Source: a virus
Taxonomy: Duplodnaviria; Caudoviricetes
Reading direction: 5' to 3' (one strand)
Virus record (IMG/VR): IMGVR_UViG_3300036987_000539
Span: 1-44,602 of that record
Length of the DNA: 44,602 nt
Under the pieces are notes generated by a model that saw nothing but the letters and a program-made list of their open reading frames with translations, did no database searches and was not told the origin of the DNA. Each line of letters begins with the position of its first letter. Within the stretch, counting starts at the first letter, position 1. Shown piece by piece: positions 16,632 through 26,055 of the stretch. The translations under genes and the position numbers were made by a program.

Positions 16632-17717
16632 TTGAAGGCACATCACAAATCTTTAGCGCGGCTTATGTCCATCCTTCTACTGTTGGCTTTGCCATCCCTT
16701 GCTTTGGCGGAAACGGAGTCCGCAACGCCTTCGGCTGAAGCGGAATCGCTGTACCAGATCGACTACATTTATACGACAGAACTGATATCCGTCTATTATC
16801 ACCTGTATGGAAACGTGCTGGACGATTTCACCATTATCAGCCTGACCAATAACAGCGGTGAAACGGCGCGGTTTCTGGTTGAAACCGAAATCGAAGGGTA
16901 CAGTTCGATTGCCGCCACCACAGTAGACGTTGCGCCGCGCGCGCAGCAGGAAGTGCGTCAGAATCCGCGCCTGATCCCTGAATCGATGGAAAAGCTAAAC
17001 GCGCAACGCTATGCAAACTTCCTGATCCGCGTTACGCTTCTCAAGGATGGCGAGGATGAGCTGTTGCTTTCGGAAGGCAAGGAGATACTACTCTTTTCCA
17101 GACGGGATTATACTTGGGTAGACGGTTGCGATACGCAGGATAACTACGATCTACTGGCTGTCTATGTAACGCCGAATGACCCGTCTGTGGAAACGCTGCT
17201 GCGCCGCGCCGCTGACTACACGTCGTCAGGGCAAATCTGGACAGGGTACGGCGATAACGAAAAAGACGAGGGCGGCGGCGTATGGGATCGGCTGCAGGCT
17301 ATCTGGCAAGCGGAAAAGGAGTATGGGCTAACCTATGTGAGCACCACCGTTACCTTCACGCCGGAAAAATCACAGCGTATCCGCTTGCCTTGTGAAGTGC
17401 TGGAACAGGCAGGCGGCAACTGCGTGGAGCTGGTGTTCCTTTATGCATCCGCTGTGGAGGCAATGCAGCTGGAAGCTTCATTCGTGCTAATCCCGAATCA
17501 TTGCTATCTGGCTGTGCGCACCGATCAGGTAAACGCGCAGTATTACTTCATCGAAACCACACTGATCGGGCAAAGCGACTTTGCGGATGCGGTGAACTAT
17601 GCTTATGAAAGCTGGGAATCAGACGGCCCCATGGTGGACGCGGGCGAAGCCTATTACAACTGGGTCAACGTGGCCGACGCACGTGAAGAAGGGATTCTGC
17701 CTGTACCGTGGCGCTGA
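16632..17717 (+). CDS. Moron: secreted transglutaminase/papain-like Cys-His protein
   Basis: Signal peptide (LLLLALPSLALA-E); GNCVELVFLYAS...IPNHCYLAV...FIETT triad pattern; likely TTG start 16632. Confidence 0.7.
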   Translation: MKAHHKSLARLMSILLLLALPSLALAETESATPSAEAESLYQIDYIYTTELISVYYHLYGNVLDDFTIISLTNNSGETARFLVETEIEGYSSIAATTVDVAPRAQQEVRQNPRLIPESMEKLNAQRYANFLIRVTLLKDGEDELLLSEGKEILLFSRRDYTWVDGCDTQDNYDLLAVYVTPNDPSVETLLRRAADYTSSGQIWTGYGDNEKDEGGGVWDRLQAIWQAEKEYGLTYVSTTVTFTPEKSQRIRLPCEVLEQAGGNCVELVFLYASAVEAMQLEASFVLIPNHCYLAVRTDQVNAQYYFIETTLIGQSDFADAVNYAYESWESDGPMVDAGEAYYNWVNVADAREEGILPVPWR

Positions 17718-17729
17718 GTTTGTTTTGGT

Positions 17730-17825
17730 ATAGGGTACCCTATTGCAATCCTTTTTCACCTGTGGTATGCTATTCTCGTCAGAAGTATAAGAAAGCGTCC
17801 TGCCGTTTGGCTGGGCGCTTTTTGT
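17730..17825 (+). promoter_or_regulatory. Probable late promoter with upstream palindrome and leader hairpin
   Basis: ATAGGGTACCCTAT palindrome; TTGCAA-17-TATGCT with extended TG; immediately upstream of HNH. Confidence 0.6.
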
Positions 17826-17837
17826 GTGGGGTTTGCC

Positions 17838-18221
17838 ATGACCGCAGCCGAAGTGAACTGGCAGGATGCGCAGAGCGTTGCAAACTTCGTGCTCTGGTGC
17901 GTGCGCACCGACCACATGCAGCACTTCTACCGCACGTGGCAATGGCGCAAGACGCGCAATGCCGTGCTTGTGCTGGACCATCACGAGTGCCAGCTTTGCA
18001 GGGCCAAGGGGCGATACACCAAGGCGACGGTGGCGCACCATGTGCATTACCTCAAAGCGCGGCCTGACCTTGCGCTGGCGATCTGGGCCACCTTCGCGGA
18101 TGGCGAACGCAGGCGCAACATCATCGCCGTGTGCAATGCCTGCCATGAGCTGGAGCACGAGCGCACCGAAGCCCTGAACGGCGCAAAACAGAAGCCGCCC
18201 GTCACCATTGAGCGCTGGTGA
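17838..18221 (+). CDS. HNH endonuclease (cos-packaging associated)
   Basis: FYRTWQWRKTR, ECQLC, VAHHV, CNACHELEH; precedes terminase. Confidence 0.9.
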   Translation: MTAAEVNWQDAQSVANFVLWCVRTDHMQHFYRTWQWRKTRNAVLVLDHHECQLCRAKGRYTKATVAHHVHYLKARPDLALAIWATFADGERRRNIIAVCNACHELEHERTEALNGAKQKPPVTIERW

Positions 18222-18336
18222 CATCCCCCCGTCCCAAAAAACCGCATTTTAAGTTGGGGGGCCTCGACCGTGTGGGGGACTAGGACAAGAGAGAATCGCG
18301 CGCACCTATGACGGGGGTGTGAAGGGGGGTGGGGGT
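18222..18336. other. Probable cos region
   Basis: Non-coding C-run/G-run segment between HNH and terS, typical of cos-type Firmicutes phages. Confidence 0.5.
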
Positions 18337-18744
18337 ATGAAGCCCAAAACGGACGTAAGCCGAAAGCCCACAAGGAAAAAAGCGCCGCCTCGGATGATCG
18401 AAACGGACAACGAGCGCGCCACCCGCTGCCTGAAGCTGACACGGCTGTATAAAGCCATCCGCAAGGATTTGCTGGATCAACTGGAGCGCAACCGTACCAC
18501 CGGTCAATACTACTGCAACCTGGTCGAAGACTACATGGATATGTGGGTCGCCAAAACCCTGTCAGTTGAGGATGTCCGCAGGCGGGGCATCGTCGTGGAG
18601 TACCAAAACGGCGGCGGGCAATGCGGCATGAAGAAAAACGACAGCGTAGAGTTGCAGATCAAGCTGAACGCGCAGATGCTGAAGCTCCTGTCCGAGATGG
18701 GCATCAAGCCATCACAGGGTGGCGGTGGTGAGGATGACCTGTAA
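18337..18744 (+). CDS. terS: Terminase small subunit (P27 family-like)
   Basis: LVEDYMDMW...DVRRRGIVVEYQNGGGQ..KKNDS..KLNAQMLKLLSEMG. Confidence 0.88.
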   Translation: MKPKTDVSRKPTRKKAPPRMIETDNERATRCLKLTRLYKAIRKDLLDQLERNRTTGQYYCNLVEDYMDMWVAKTLSVEDVRRRGIVVEYQNGGGQCGMKKNDSVELQIKLNAQMLKLLSEMGIKPSQGGGGEDDL

Positions 18745-20404
18745 GATCAACCCCCACATATTGCGCTACATCGAAATGGCCGAACACGGCGAGCAGGCTT
18801 TTTGCAAGGAGCAAAAGCTGCTCGCTGCTTTTGTGCGCAGGGTTTTGGAAACGGAGGATGTGTACACCGACGACACGCAGTTGGACAAGTACCTCGGGCT
18901 GGCCCGATACTTCCCGTTTGAGCAGGTGTTTCCGTGGGAGGCGTTCTGCCTTGGGCTGCACATGTGCACCTACCGCAGGAGCGATGGCAGGCCGCGCTTT
19001 CCGGACCTGTTTATGATGATCGGGCGCGGTGCGGGCAAGGATGGCTATATCGCGCTGACCGGCTATGCGGCCATCAGCCCGTATCACGGCGTGAAGCAGT
19101 ACGACGTGGACATCTGCGCCAACAGCGAGGAGCAGGCCATGCAGCCCTTCAAGGACTGTTGGGATGTGCTGGAGGATGTGCGCTACACCGCCAAGCTCAA
19201 GCGGCACTTCTACTGGAACCGCGAGCTGATCCAGTGCGTGAAAACCGGCTCGCGGCTCAAGTACCGCACCAACAACCCCAAGGGCAAGGACGGCCTGCGC
19301 AGCGGCATGGTGGTGTTCAACGAAATCCACCAGTATCCGGATTACGCGAACATCAACGTGTTCACGACCGGCCTTGGCAAAAAGCCGCACCCGCGGCGGC
19401 TGTACGCGACCACCAACGGCGAGGTGCGCGACGGCCCGCTGGACGATATGGTAGCGCTGTCGCTTTCCGTGCTGGAGGGCAAAGCGCCTGACCTGGGGCT
19501 GCTGCCCTTCATCTGCCGACTGGACAGCCGCGCGGAAATCGATGACGAACGCTGCTGGATGAAGGCAAACCCCTCGCTGCCCTACCTGCCCGACCTGCTG
19601 GAGGAAATCCGCAAGGAATACCGCGAGTGGAAGCAGAGTCCCAACAACACCACCAGCTTCGTGGTAAAGCGCATGAACCTGATCGAAGGGCGCGCCGATC
19701 TTGAAGTGACCCCATGGGAGAACATCCTTGCGGCGTGCGACCCCCTGCCGGATGACCTGATGGGGCGCGAGGGAATCCTTGGCATCGACTTTGCGCTGAT
19801 CGACGACATGCTGAGCGTAGGGCTGCGGATACCCTACGGCGGGCGGATCGTGTGGATCACGCACTCGTGGCTTTGCCTGCAATCCAAAGACCTGAGCCGT
19901 CTGAAAATACCGTGGCGGGAATGGGCGGAGAAGGGGCTGCTGACGCTGGTGAACGCGCCGGAAATCGACGTGGAGGCGGTAGCGGAGTGGATCGACGAGC
20001 ACTACCTTGGCCGCTACCACGTCAAAATGCTGTGCATCGACAAGTTCCGCTGGCCGCTGCTGCTGCGCGTGATGGGCAGGCGCGGCTTTTCGTTTGAAAA
20101 CGGGAACGTGAAGTTTGTACGGCCCAGCGATCAAGCGATGGTGGTGCCGGTGATCGCCAGCGCGTTCACGAACCGGCTGTTCCTGTGGGGCGACAACCCT
20201 CTGATGCGCTGGGCGACAAACAACGTGAAGCTGGTGAGCGAGGGCGTGAACAAGAGCCGTGGCAACTACACCTATGGCAAGATCGAGGAAAAGAGCCGAA
20301 AGACAGACCCGTTCATGGCGCTGGTGGCGGCGTGCGTGGGGGCCGTGGGCGAAGCGGAGCAGGCGGGGAGCCTAGTGGATATGCCTGGCGTGATGACCTA
20401 TTAG
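18734..20404 (+). CDS. terL: Terminase large subunit
   Basis: GRGAGKDG Walker A, VFNEIH Walker B, KANPSL, GIDFA, KTDPFMA. Confidence 0.95.
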   Translation: MTCKINPHILRYIEMAEHGEQAFCKEQKLLAAFVRRVLETEDVYTDDTQLDKYLGLARYFPFEQVFPWEAFCLGLHMCTYRRSDGRPRFPDLFMMIGRGAGKDGYIALTGYAAISPYHGVKQYDVDICANSEEQAMQPFKDCWDVLEDVRYTAKLKRHFYWNRELIQCVKTGSRLKYRTNNPKGKDGLRSGMVVFNEIHQYPDYANINVFTTGLGKKPHPRRLYATTNGEVRDGPLDDMVALSLSVLEGKAPDLGLLPFICRLDSRAEIDDERCWMKANPSLPYLPDLLEEIRKEYREWKQSPNNTTSFVVKRMNLIEGRADLEVTPWENILAACDPLPDDLMGREGILGIDFALIDDMLSVGLRIPYGGRIVWITHSWLCLQSKDLSRLKIPWREWAEKGLLTLVNAPEIDVEAVAEWIDEHYLGRYHVKMLCIDKFRWPLLLRVMGRRGFSFENGNVKFVRPSDQAMVVPVIASAFTNRLFLWGDNPLMRWATNNVKLVSEGVNKSRGNYTYGKIEEKSRKTDPFMALVAACVGAVGEAEQAGSLVDMPGVMTY

Positions 20405-20411
20405 CAAGGGG

Positions 20412-21584
20412 GTGGAACCTACGGGAATCTTCGCATTTCTGCGGCGCGTGAGGGAGAGCGTGGTGGTGAACGACCCCATCACCGACGAGGCGTTTGAGCA
20501 CGCGGCCATGGATTACTGCATCCGCGACCTGTGCCTGTGGTCGTCCATCAACCTGATCGCCAGCCTGATTGGTAAATGCGAGTTTCGCACCTTTGTGCGG
20601 GGCAAGGAAAAACGCGACGCGGAGTACCTCCAGTGGAACGTGGAACCCAACCGCAACCAGAACAGCACGCAGTTTTTGCACAAGCTGATCGCGGCGTTGT
20701 ACCTGCGCAACGAGGCGCTGGTGGTGGAGGTGAACGGGCAGCTGCTGGTGGCCGACGATTTTACGCGCCGGACGTTTGCATTGTATGACCACCAGTTTAC
20801 GGGCGTGCGTGTGGACGATTACACATTCTCACAGACGTTTTTCATGGGCGACGTACTGTACTTCCGGCTGGGCGAGCGCGATATGCGCAAGGTGGTGGAC
20901 AGCGTATACGACAGCTACAACCGACTGCTGAAATACGCCGCCGCCCAATACCAGCGCTCGCGCGGCAGCCGCGGCATCCTGAAACTGCCCACCATGACCA
21001 AGGGCAACGAGGAGGAGCAGAAGGCGCTCAACGACCTGCTCAACAACAAATTCAGGACGTTCTACACCGCCAACAGCGCGGTGCTGCCCCTGCCGCAGGG
21101 CTACACCTACGAGGATACCGGCTCCAAGACGTACTCCAACGAAACCACGCGCGACATCCGCGCGATGATCGACGACATCAGCGATTTCACGGCGCGCGGC
21201 CTTGGCATCCCTTCCGCGATCCTGCGCGGCACGGTGGAGGGCATCAAAGACGCGATGAGCACGCTGCTGACCGTGACCATCGACCCGCTGACGGACATGC
21301 TACAGGAGGAAATCAACCGCAAGCGCAACGGGCTGGCGGGTTTCCGGCAGGGCACGTATTTTCTGATCGACACCAAGACCATCCAGCATATCGACCTGCT
21401 GACGGTGGCCACCAGCATCGACAAGCTGATCGGCAGCGGCGCGTTCTGCGTGAACGACATCCGGCGCGCGTGCGGCGAAGCGGAGATCGACGAGCCCTGG
21501 GCAAAGCAGCATGTGATGACCAAGAACTACGCGCCCAGCGGCGAGTTGAACCGGTCGATGGAGGAACGAGATAATTGTACTTAG
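20412..21584 (+). CDS. HK97-family portal protein (start uncertain; RBS-spaced codon is ACG at 20421)
   Basis: WNVEPNRNQNSTQF, GIPSAIL, NDIRRACGEAEIDEPWA..H..TKNY; follows terL. Confidence 0.92.
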   Translation: MEPTGIFAFLRRVRESVVVNDPITDEAFEHAAMDYCIRDLCLWSSINLIASLIGKCEFRTFVRGKEKRDAEYLQWNVEPNRNQNSTQFLHKLIAALYLRNEALVVEVNGQLLVADDFTRRTFALYDHQFTGVRVDDYTFSQTFFMGDVLYFRLGERDMRKVVDSVYDSYNRLLKYAAAQYQRSRGSRGILKLPTMTKGNEEEQKALNDLLNNKFRTFYTANSAVLPLPQGYTYEDTGSKTYSNETTRDIRAMIDDISDFTARGLGIPSAILRGTVEGIKDAMSTLLTVTIDPLTDMLQEEINRKRNGLAGFRQGTYFLIDTKTIQHIDLLTVATSIDKLIGSGAFCVNDIRRACGEAEIDEPWAKQHVMTKNYAPSGELNRSMEERDNCT

Positions 21585-21813
21585 TAACTTCAACCCAAAT
21601 CGAGATAAGGCCAACTAAACCTCTCATTGCTTGCGCTTCATCCATTACCCAAGCATTAGAAATGTAAAGAAAGAGAGAGATATTTCATGATATAGTAAGA
21701 AATCGCGACTTGAAACAGTTACATTACCGCTTTTTAGGTATTCAATTAGTTTTTTTTGTTATTGGTTTAAGCTTTTTTGCTAGGGTGGGCAAAAAAAGCG
21801 CGAAATTCGGCAT

Positions 21814-21855
21814 TTGACTTTTTTGTACTACCATGATATATTGGCAGTACAAAAA
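21814..21855 (+). promoter_or_regulatory. Promoter with overlapping inverted-repeat operator
   Basis: TTGACT-17-TATATT; TTTTTGTACT...AGTACAAAAA flanking the -10. Confidence 0.7.
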
Positions 21856-21867
21856 GGAGGTGAACGA

Positions 21868-22053
21868 ATGAAACCTTTGGGCAGGCCGCCCATAAACAAT
21901 CCAAAGGATAAACGCTTACAAATTCGAGTTGATGAAAAAACCATTGAACTACTAGACAGATGCGCCGAAGCAAAGGGAACTAACCGAAGCGAAATTGTCC
22001 GTGAAGGCATTGAACTTGTAAGCGAGTCTTTGGAAACAAAAACAGATGAATAG
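21868..22053 (+). CDS. Ribbon-helix-helix (Arc/CopG-like) repressor
   Basis: GRPPINNPKDKRLQIRVD...LDRCAEAKGTNRSEIVREGI; AGGAGGTG RBS. Confidence 0.85.
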   Translation: MKPLGRPPINNPKDKRLQIRVDEKTIELLDRCAEAKGTNRSEIVREGIELVSESLETKTDE

Positions 22054-22117
22054 GTTGAAAGCTTGGCCGCTCTCCTACTCATCTGTCCGCACCCGAGGTT
22101 GCCCTCATGGTAAATGC

Positions 22118-22146
22118 ATTATACCATGTGAGCCAACCTCTTTCAA
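22118..22146 (-). promoter_or_regulatory. Antisense promoter (sar-like RNA) within a long hairpin
   Basis: Minus strand TTGAAA-17-TATAAT with extended TG; embedded in gaggttg..catggta/taccatg..caacctc inverted repeat. Confidence 0.7.
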
Positions 22147-22259
22147 GCCATACGCTGAAGGAGGTTTTTCTATACCCATTTTGCACGTTGTTACATCGCA
22201 GGCATATAACTTACATCGAACAGATATGACCAAACAGAGACGGCCAGGGGGTTAAGCAT

Positions 22260-22382
22260 GTGGATGATGTTAAGCAGGTGATTACGGAAATGCTCGCAGA
22301 TATTGAGGAGCCAAAGCATCTCACTTACATTTATCAAGTAGTCAAGGCACTCTACCTGAAACCGGAAGGAGCAAAAGCATGA
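22260..22382 (+). CDS. 40-aa paralog of the LexA-boxed micro-protein
   Basis: MDDVKQVITEMLADIEEPKHLTYIYQVVKALYLKPEGAKA; ATGA-coupled to the antirepressor. Confidence 0.75.
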   Translation: MDDVKQVITEMLADIEEPKHLTYIYQVVKALYLKPEGAKA

Positions 22383-23146
22383 GCAACGAGATCATCACCA
22401 TTCAGGGCATCGGCTGTTACGAGAAGGACGGCGTGGCCTACCTAAACCTTGAAGCGTGCGCACGGGGGCTTGGGTTTACGCAGGTTGCAAAGAGCGGGAA
22501 TGAAGTTGTTCGTTGGGAAACCATCAGAAAATACCTAGGGGTTTTGGGCGTCCCAACTTGTTGGGACGGTTTCTCCAACATGTTGGGGAAAGATGGTTTG
22601 CCCGACTTCATCCCCGAAAACATCTTTTATCGCCTTGCCATGAAAGCCAAGAACGAAACCGCCGAACGGTTCCAAGCCCTTGTGGCCGACGAGATCATCC
22701 CCTCCATCCGCAAGCACGGCGCATACCTTGCGCCGGAAGCGGTGGAGCGTATCCTGCAAGACCCCGACACCATTATCCAGCTGGCGACGACCATCAAGGA
22801 GGAGCGCACCCAGCGCCTGCGCCTGCAAGCGGAAAACGACCAGATGAAGCCCAAGGCGGAATACTTCGACGAGCTGGTGGAACGTGGCATCAACACCTCG
22901 TTTCGCGTGACCGCGAAGGAACTGAGCGTGCAGGAGCGGGCCTTTGTGGCCTTCCTCACCAAGAAACGCTACATTTTCAAGGACAACAAGGGACGGATCA
23001 TGCCCTATGCCGAGCACGTGACCAGCGGCCTGTTTGTGGTCAAGGAATGCATCAGCGACAGGAGCAACTGGAGCGGCACGCAAACGCTGATTACCCCCAA
23101 GGGCAGGGCGACGTTCCGCCTGCTGACCAAGGGCATGGCAAGCTGA
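22379..23146 (+). CDS. ant: Phage antirepressor (BRO-like N-terminus, KilAC/ANT C-terminus)
   Basis: IPENIFYRLAMKA...DEIIPSIRKHGAY; MKPKAEYFD...TLITPKGR. Confidence 0.9.
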   Translation: MSNEIITIQGIGCYEKDGVAYLNLEACARGLGFTQVAKSGNEVVRWETIRKYLGVLGVPTCWDGFSNMLGKDGLPDFIPENIFYRLAMKAKNETAERFQALVADEIIPSIRKHGAYLAPEAVERILQDPDTIIQLATTIKEERTQRLRLQAENDQMKPKAEYFDELVERGINTSFRVTAKELSVQERAFVAFLTKKRYIFKDNKGRIMPYAEHVTSGLFVVKECISDRSNWSGTQTLITPKGRATFRLLTKGMAS

Positions 23147-23160
23147 CCATGAAGCCCATC

Positions 23161-23189
23161 AAAGTGCTACCCAACTGGGCGGCACTTTT
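23161..23189 (+). terminator. Intrinsic terminator after ant
   Basis: aaagtgct.ccca-ac-tggg.ggcactttt. Confidence 0.6.
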
Positions 23190-23303
23190 CATTTGCCAGA
23201 AGGGAGGGGAAGCCATGAAACAGAGCCGACGCAACAATGTATCCGCGCGCGCTTCTCCGCCCACCGTGGGCAGGCCCACCCGCACACGAGAGGAGGGAAA
23301 CCT

Positions 23304-24164
23304 TTGGACAAGCTGAAATTCCAGTTCCGGCAGGAGGCGGGCAGCAATACGCTTGACCTGTACATCTACAGCGAGGTGTGCGCCGACTACTACGAGCTGG
23401 ACGAAAACTGGAATCTGGTGCATGTGACCAGCGAAACCAGCGCGGACTACTTCCGCAGGCAGCTGGAGGCGCACGCGGGCGTGACGCAGATCAACCTGTA
23501 CATCAACTCCATGGGCGGAAGCGTTGTGGAGGGCTACGGCATCTATTGCCAGCTGCGGCGGCACCCCGCGCAGAAAACCGCCTACATCGACGGGTTTGCC
23601 TGCTCGATTGCCTCCATCATCGCGTGCGCGGCGGAAACGGTGGTCGCCTACCCCAACAGCATGATGATGATCCATGAGATGATGAACGGCGCGTATGGCA
23701 ACGCCGCGCAGCTGCGCGAAGCCGCCGAGGCGCTGGACAAAATCATGCAGGGCAACCGGCAGGTGTACCTGCAAAAGAGCGGCGGGAAGCTTACCGAGGC
23801 AGCGCTGGCCGACATGCTCAAGGGCGAAGCGTGGTTGACTGCGCAGGATGGCCTTGCTGTGGGGCTGGTGGACGAAATCCGCGAACAGGGCGGCATGGAC
23901 GGCAAGGCCGCCGCCGCGGCGCTGGCACAGGCCAACCGCGACATGAAGGCCCAGCTGATGCAGCGCATGGCGCTGCTGCAAACCGCCCGCGAGGCCGAGG
24001 CGATGTTCAAGCCCACGCCCGCCGCGCCCGACCCTGTGCCGGCACAGGCACAGCCGGAACCTGAAACGCCGCCCGCGCCGCAGCAGCAAAACGATACCGC
24101 GACGCTCAAAGCCCTGTTTGCCCACTTCGGCAGGTACGGCCAACCGACTGCCCACAACCCCTGA
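23304..24164 (+). CDS. ClpP-like head maturation protease
   Basis: INSMGGSVVEG, IDGFACSIASII, MMIH, EAWLTAQD..AVGLVDEI; TTG start after GAGGAGG. Confidence 0.93.
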   Translation: MDKLKFQFRQEAGSNTLDLYIYSEVCADYYELDENWNLVHVTSETSADYFRRQLEAHAGVTQINLYINSMGGSVVEGYGIYCQLRRHPAQKTAYIDGFACSIASIIACAAETVVAYPNSMMMIHEMMNGAYGNAAQLREAAEALDKIMQGNRQVYLQKSGGKLTEAALADMLKGEAWLTAQDGLAVGLVDEIREQGGMDGKAAAAALAQANRDMKAQLMQRMALLQTAREAEAMFKPTPAAPDPVPAQAQPEPETPPAPQQQNDTATLKALFAHFGRYGQPTAHNP

Positions 24165-24223
24165 GCGGCGGCGCACAAGCGCAGCCGCTTTTTACAACCC
24201 CCAACATGAAAGGAGAACCGACC

Positions 24224-25696
24224 ATGAAAAACCTCGACCTGATCAAGCAGCAGCGCGACGATTTCAAGGACAGGCTGGGCGCGGCCATTGCGCAGAACGA
24301 CCCTGAGCAGATGGCGCAGGCGTTTGACGGCTTCGCCGCCGCGATGCAGGAGCTGGTGGTCAAGGAAGCGCAGGGCCTCGCGCAGGCGGCGGATGTGACC
24401 ATCCTTGCCCAGCGCGGCGTGCGTCAGCTGACCACGGCGGAGCAGGACTACTACACGCAGGTGCTGGCCGCCATGCGCACCAGCAACCCCAAGCAAGCGC
24501 TCAGCTCCATGGATGTGGCCTTCCCGAAAACGACCATCGACGCGATCTTTACCGACCTGACCACCAACCACCCGCTGCTGGACGCGATCACCTTTGAGAA
24601 CACCACGCTGGTGAGCGAATGGCTGATCAACGAGCACGAGGCGCAGCTGGCCCAGTGGGGCAAGCTGGATGATGCGATCACCAAGGAGATCGGCTCCAGC
24701 TTTACCAAGCTGGCGATGAATCTGGTGAAGCTGACGGCCTTCCTGCCCGTGGGCAAGGCGATGCTGGACCTTGGCCCCGCGTGGCTGGACCGCTATGTGC
24801 GCGCGGTGCTGGGCGAAGCGCTGGCCGTGGGGCTGGAGGAGGGCGTGATCAACGGCACCGGCAAGGATATGCCCATCGGCATGACGCGGCAGGTGGGCGC
24901 GGGCGTGACCGTGACGGACGGCGTGTACCCCGTGAAGCCGCTGGTGGTGCTGCAAAACTTCCAGCCGGACACCTACGGCGCGTTTATCGCCCAGCACTTG
25001 GCGAAAACGGCCAACGGCAACCCCCGCGTGGTGAGCGAGGTGCTGCTGGTGGTGAACCCCGCGGACTACCTGCGCCGCGTCATGCCCGCCAGCACCATGC
25101 TGACCCCCAGCGGCCAGTTTGTGCGCGACGTGTTCCCCTTCCCCACCCGCGTGGTGCAGAGCGTGCGCATTGCGGAGGGCGAGGCCGTGATGGGTATCGC
25201 CAGCCGCTACTTCGCGGGCGCGGGCATGAGCCGCGACGGCAAGATCGAGTACAGCGACGAATACCGCTTCCTCGAGGATGAGCGCGTGTACCTGATCAAG
25301 CTGTATGCCAATGGCCGCCCGATGGACAACGTGAGCTTCGTGCGCGTAAACATCAGCGGGCTGAAGCCTTTGGCCTACCGCGTGCTGACCGAGGAAGCCA
25401 CCGCCGCGCTGAGCGCGCCGGACACGGCGCTTTCCGCGCTGACCATCGGCAGCCTGACGCTGAGCCCCGCGTTTAACGCGGACAAGGTGTACTACACCGC
25501 CAGCACCACCAACAACACCAACGTGGTGACCGCGACCGAGCGCGACAGCGCCGCCGCTGTGACCGTGAAGGTGAACGGCACCGAGATCGCCAACGGCAGC
25601 GCTGCCACGTGGAACGTGGGCGAAAACGTGGTGGAGATCAAGGTGACGAACGACAACGCCAGCCGCAACACCATTGTGGTGGTCACCAAGGCGTAA
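24224..25696 (+). CDS. HK97-fold major capsid protein with fused C-terminal cadherin-like/Ig beta-sandwich
   Basis: HPLL, MLDLGPAWLDRYV, NGTGKDMPIG, YANGRPMDN; tail LSALTIGSLTLSPAF...VGENVVEIKVT. Confidence 0.92.
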   Translation: MKNLDLIKQQRDDFKDRLGAAIAQNDPEQMAQAFDGFAAAMQELVVKEAQGLAQAADVTILAQRGVRQLTTAEQDYYTQVLAAMRTSNPKQALSSMDVAFPKTTIDAIFTDLTTNHPLLDAITFENTTLVSEWLINEHEAQLAQWGKLDDAITKEIGSSFTKLAMNLVKLTAFLPVGKAMLDLGPAWLDRYVRAVLGEALAVGLEEGVINGTGKDMPIGMTRQVGAGVTVTDGVYPVKPLVVLQNFQPDTYGAFIAQHLAKTANGNPRVVSEVLLVVNPADYLRRVMPASTMLTPSGQFVRDVFPFPTRVVQSVRIAEGEAVMGIASRYFAGAGMSRDGKIEYSDEYRFLEDERVYLIKLYANGRPMDNVSFVRVNISGLKPLAYRVLTEEATAALSAPDTALSALTIGSLTLSPAFNADKVYYTASTTNNTNVVTATERDSAAAVTVKVNGTEIANGSAATWNVGENVVEIKVTNDNASRNTIVVVTKA

Positions 25697-25728
25697 GCCA
25701 GCCAAAATGAAACGAAAGGGCGTTGCGT

Positions 25729-26055
25729 ATGACAGACAATGGACAGGCAGGGGCGCTGCTGGAAGGGATACGCAGCGCCCTTTCCATTACGTGGATTGAT
25801 CCGGTAACGGATAACCAGCTGATGGGCATCACCGCGCGCGGCATCAGCTATCTGGACGGCATCGCGGGCGCGCCGCAGGATTACGCGCTGGAAGGCAAAG
25901 CGCGCGAGCTGCTGATCAACTACTGCCTGTATGCCCGCAGCGGCGCGCTGGATCAGTTCACGGCCAGCTACCTTGCCGACCTGACCTACTTTCAGCTGAG
26001 CGAGGAGGTGAGCCGCTACCTTGCAAGGCAAGAAAGCGATACAAGCCTACCCTGA
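25729..26055 (+). CDS. Head-tail connector (gp6-like)
   Basis: LSITWIDPVTD...ELLINYCLY; position. Confidence 0.8.
   Translation: MTDNGQAGALLEGIRSALSITWIDPVTDNQLMGITARGISYLDGIAGAPQDYALEGKARELLINYCLYARSGALDQFTASYLADLTYFQLSEEVSRYLARQESDTSLP

Noticed and set aside
22217-22230. LexA box before the second micro-ORF
   Set aside because: Only the GAAC half-site is present (GAACagatATGA)
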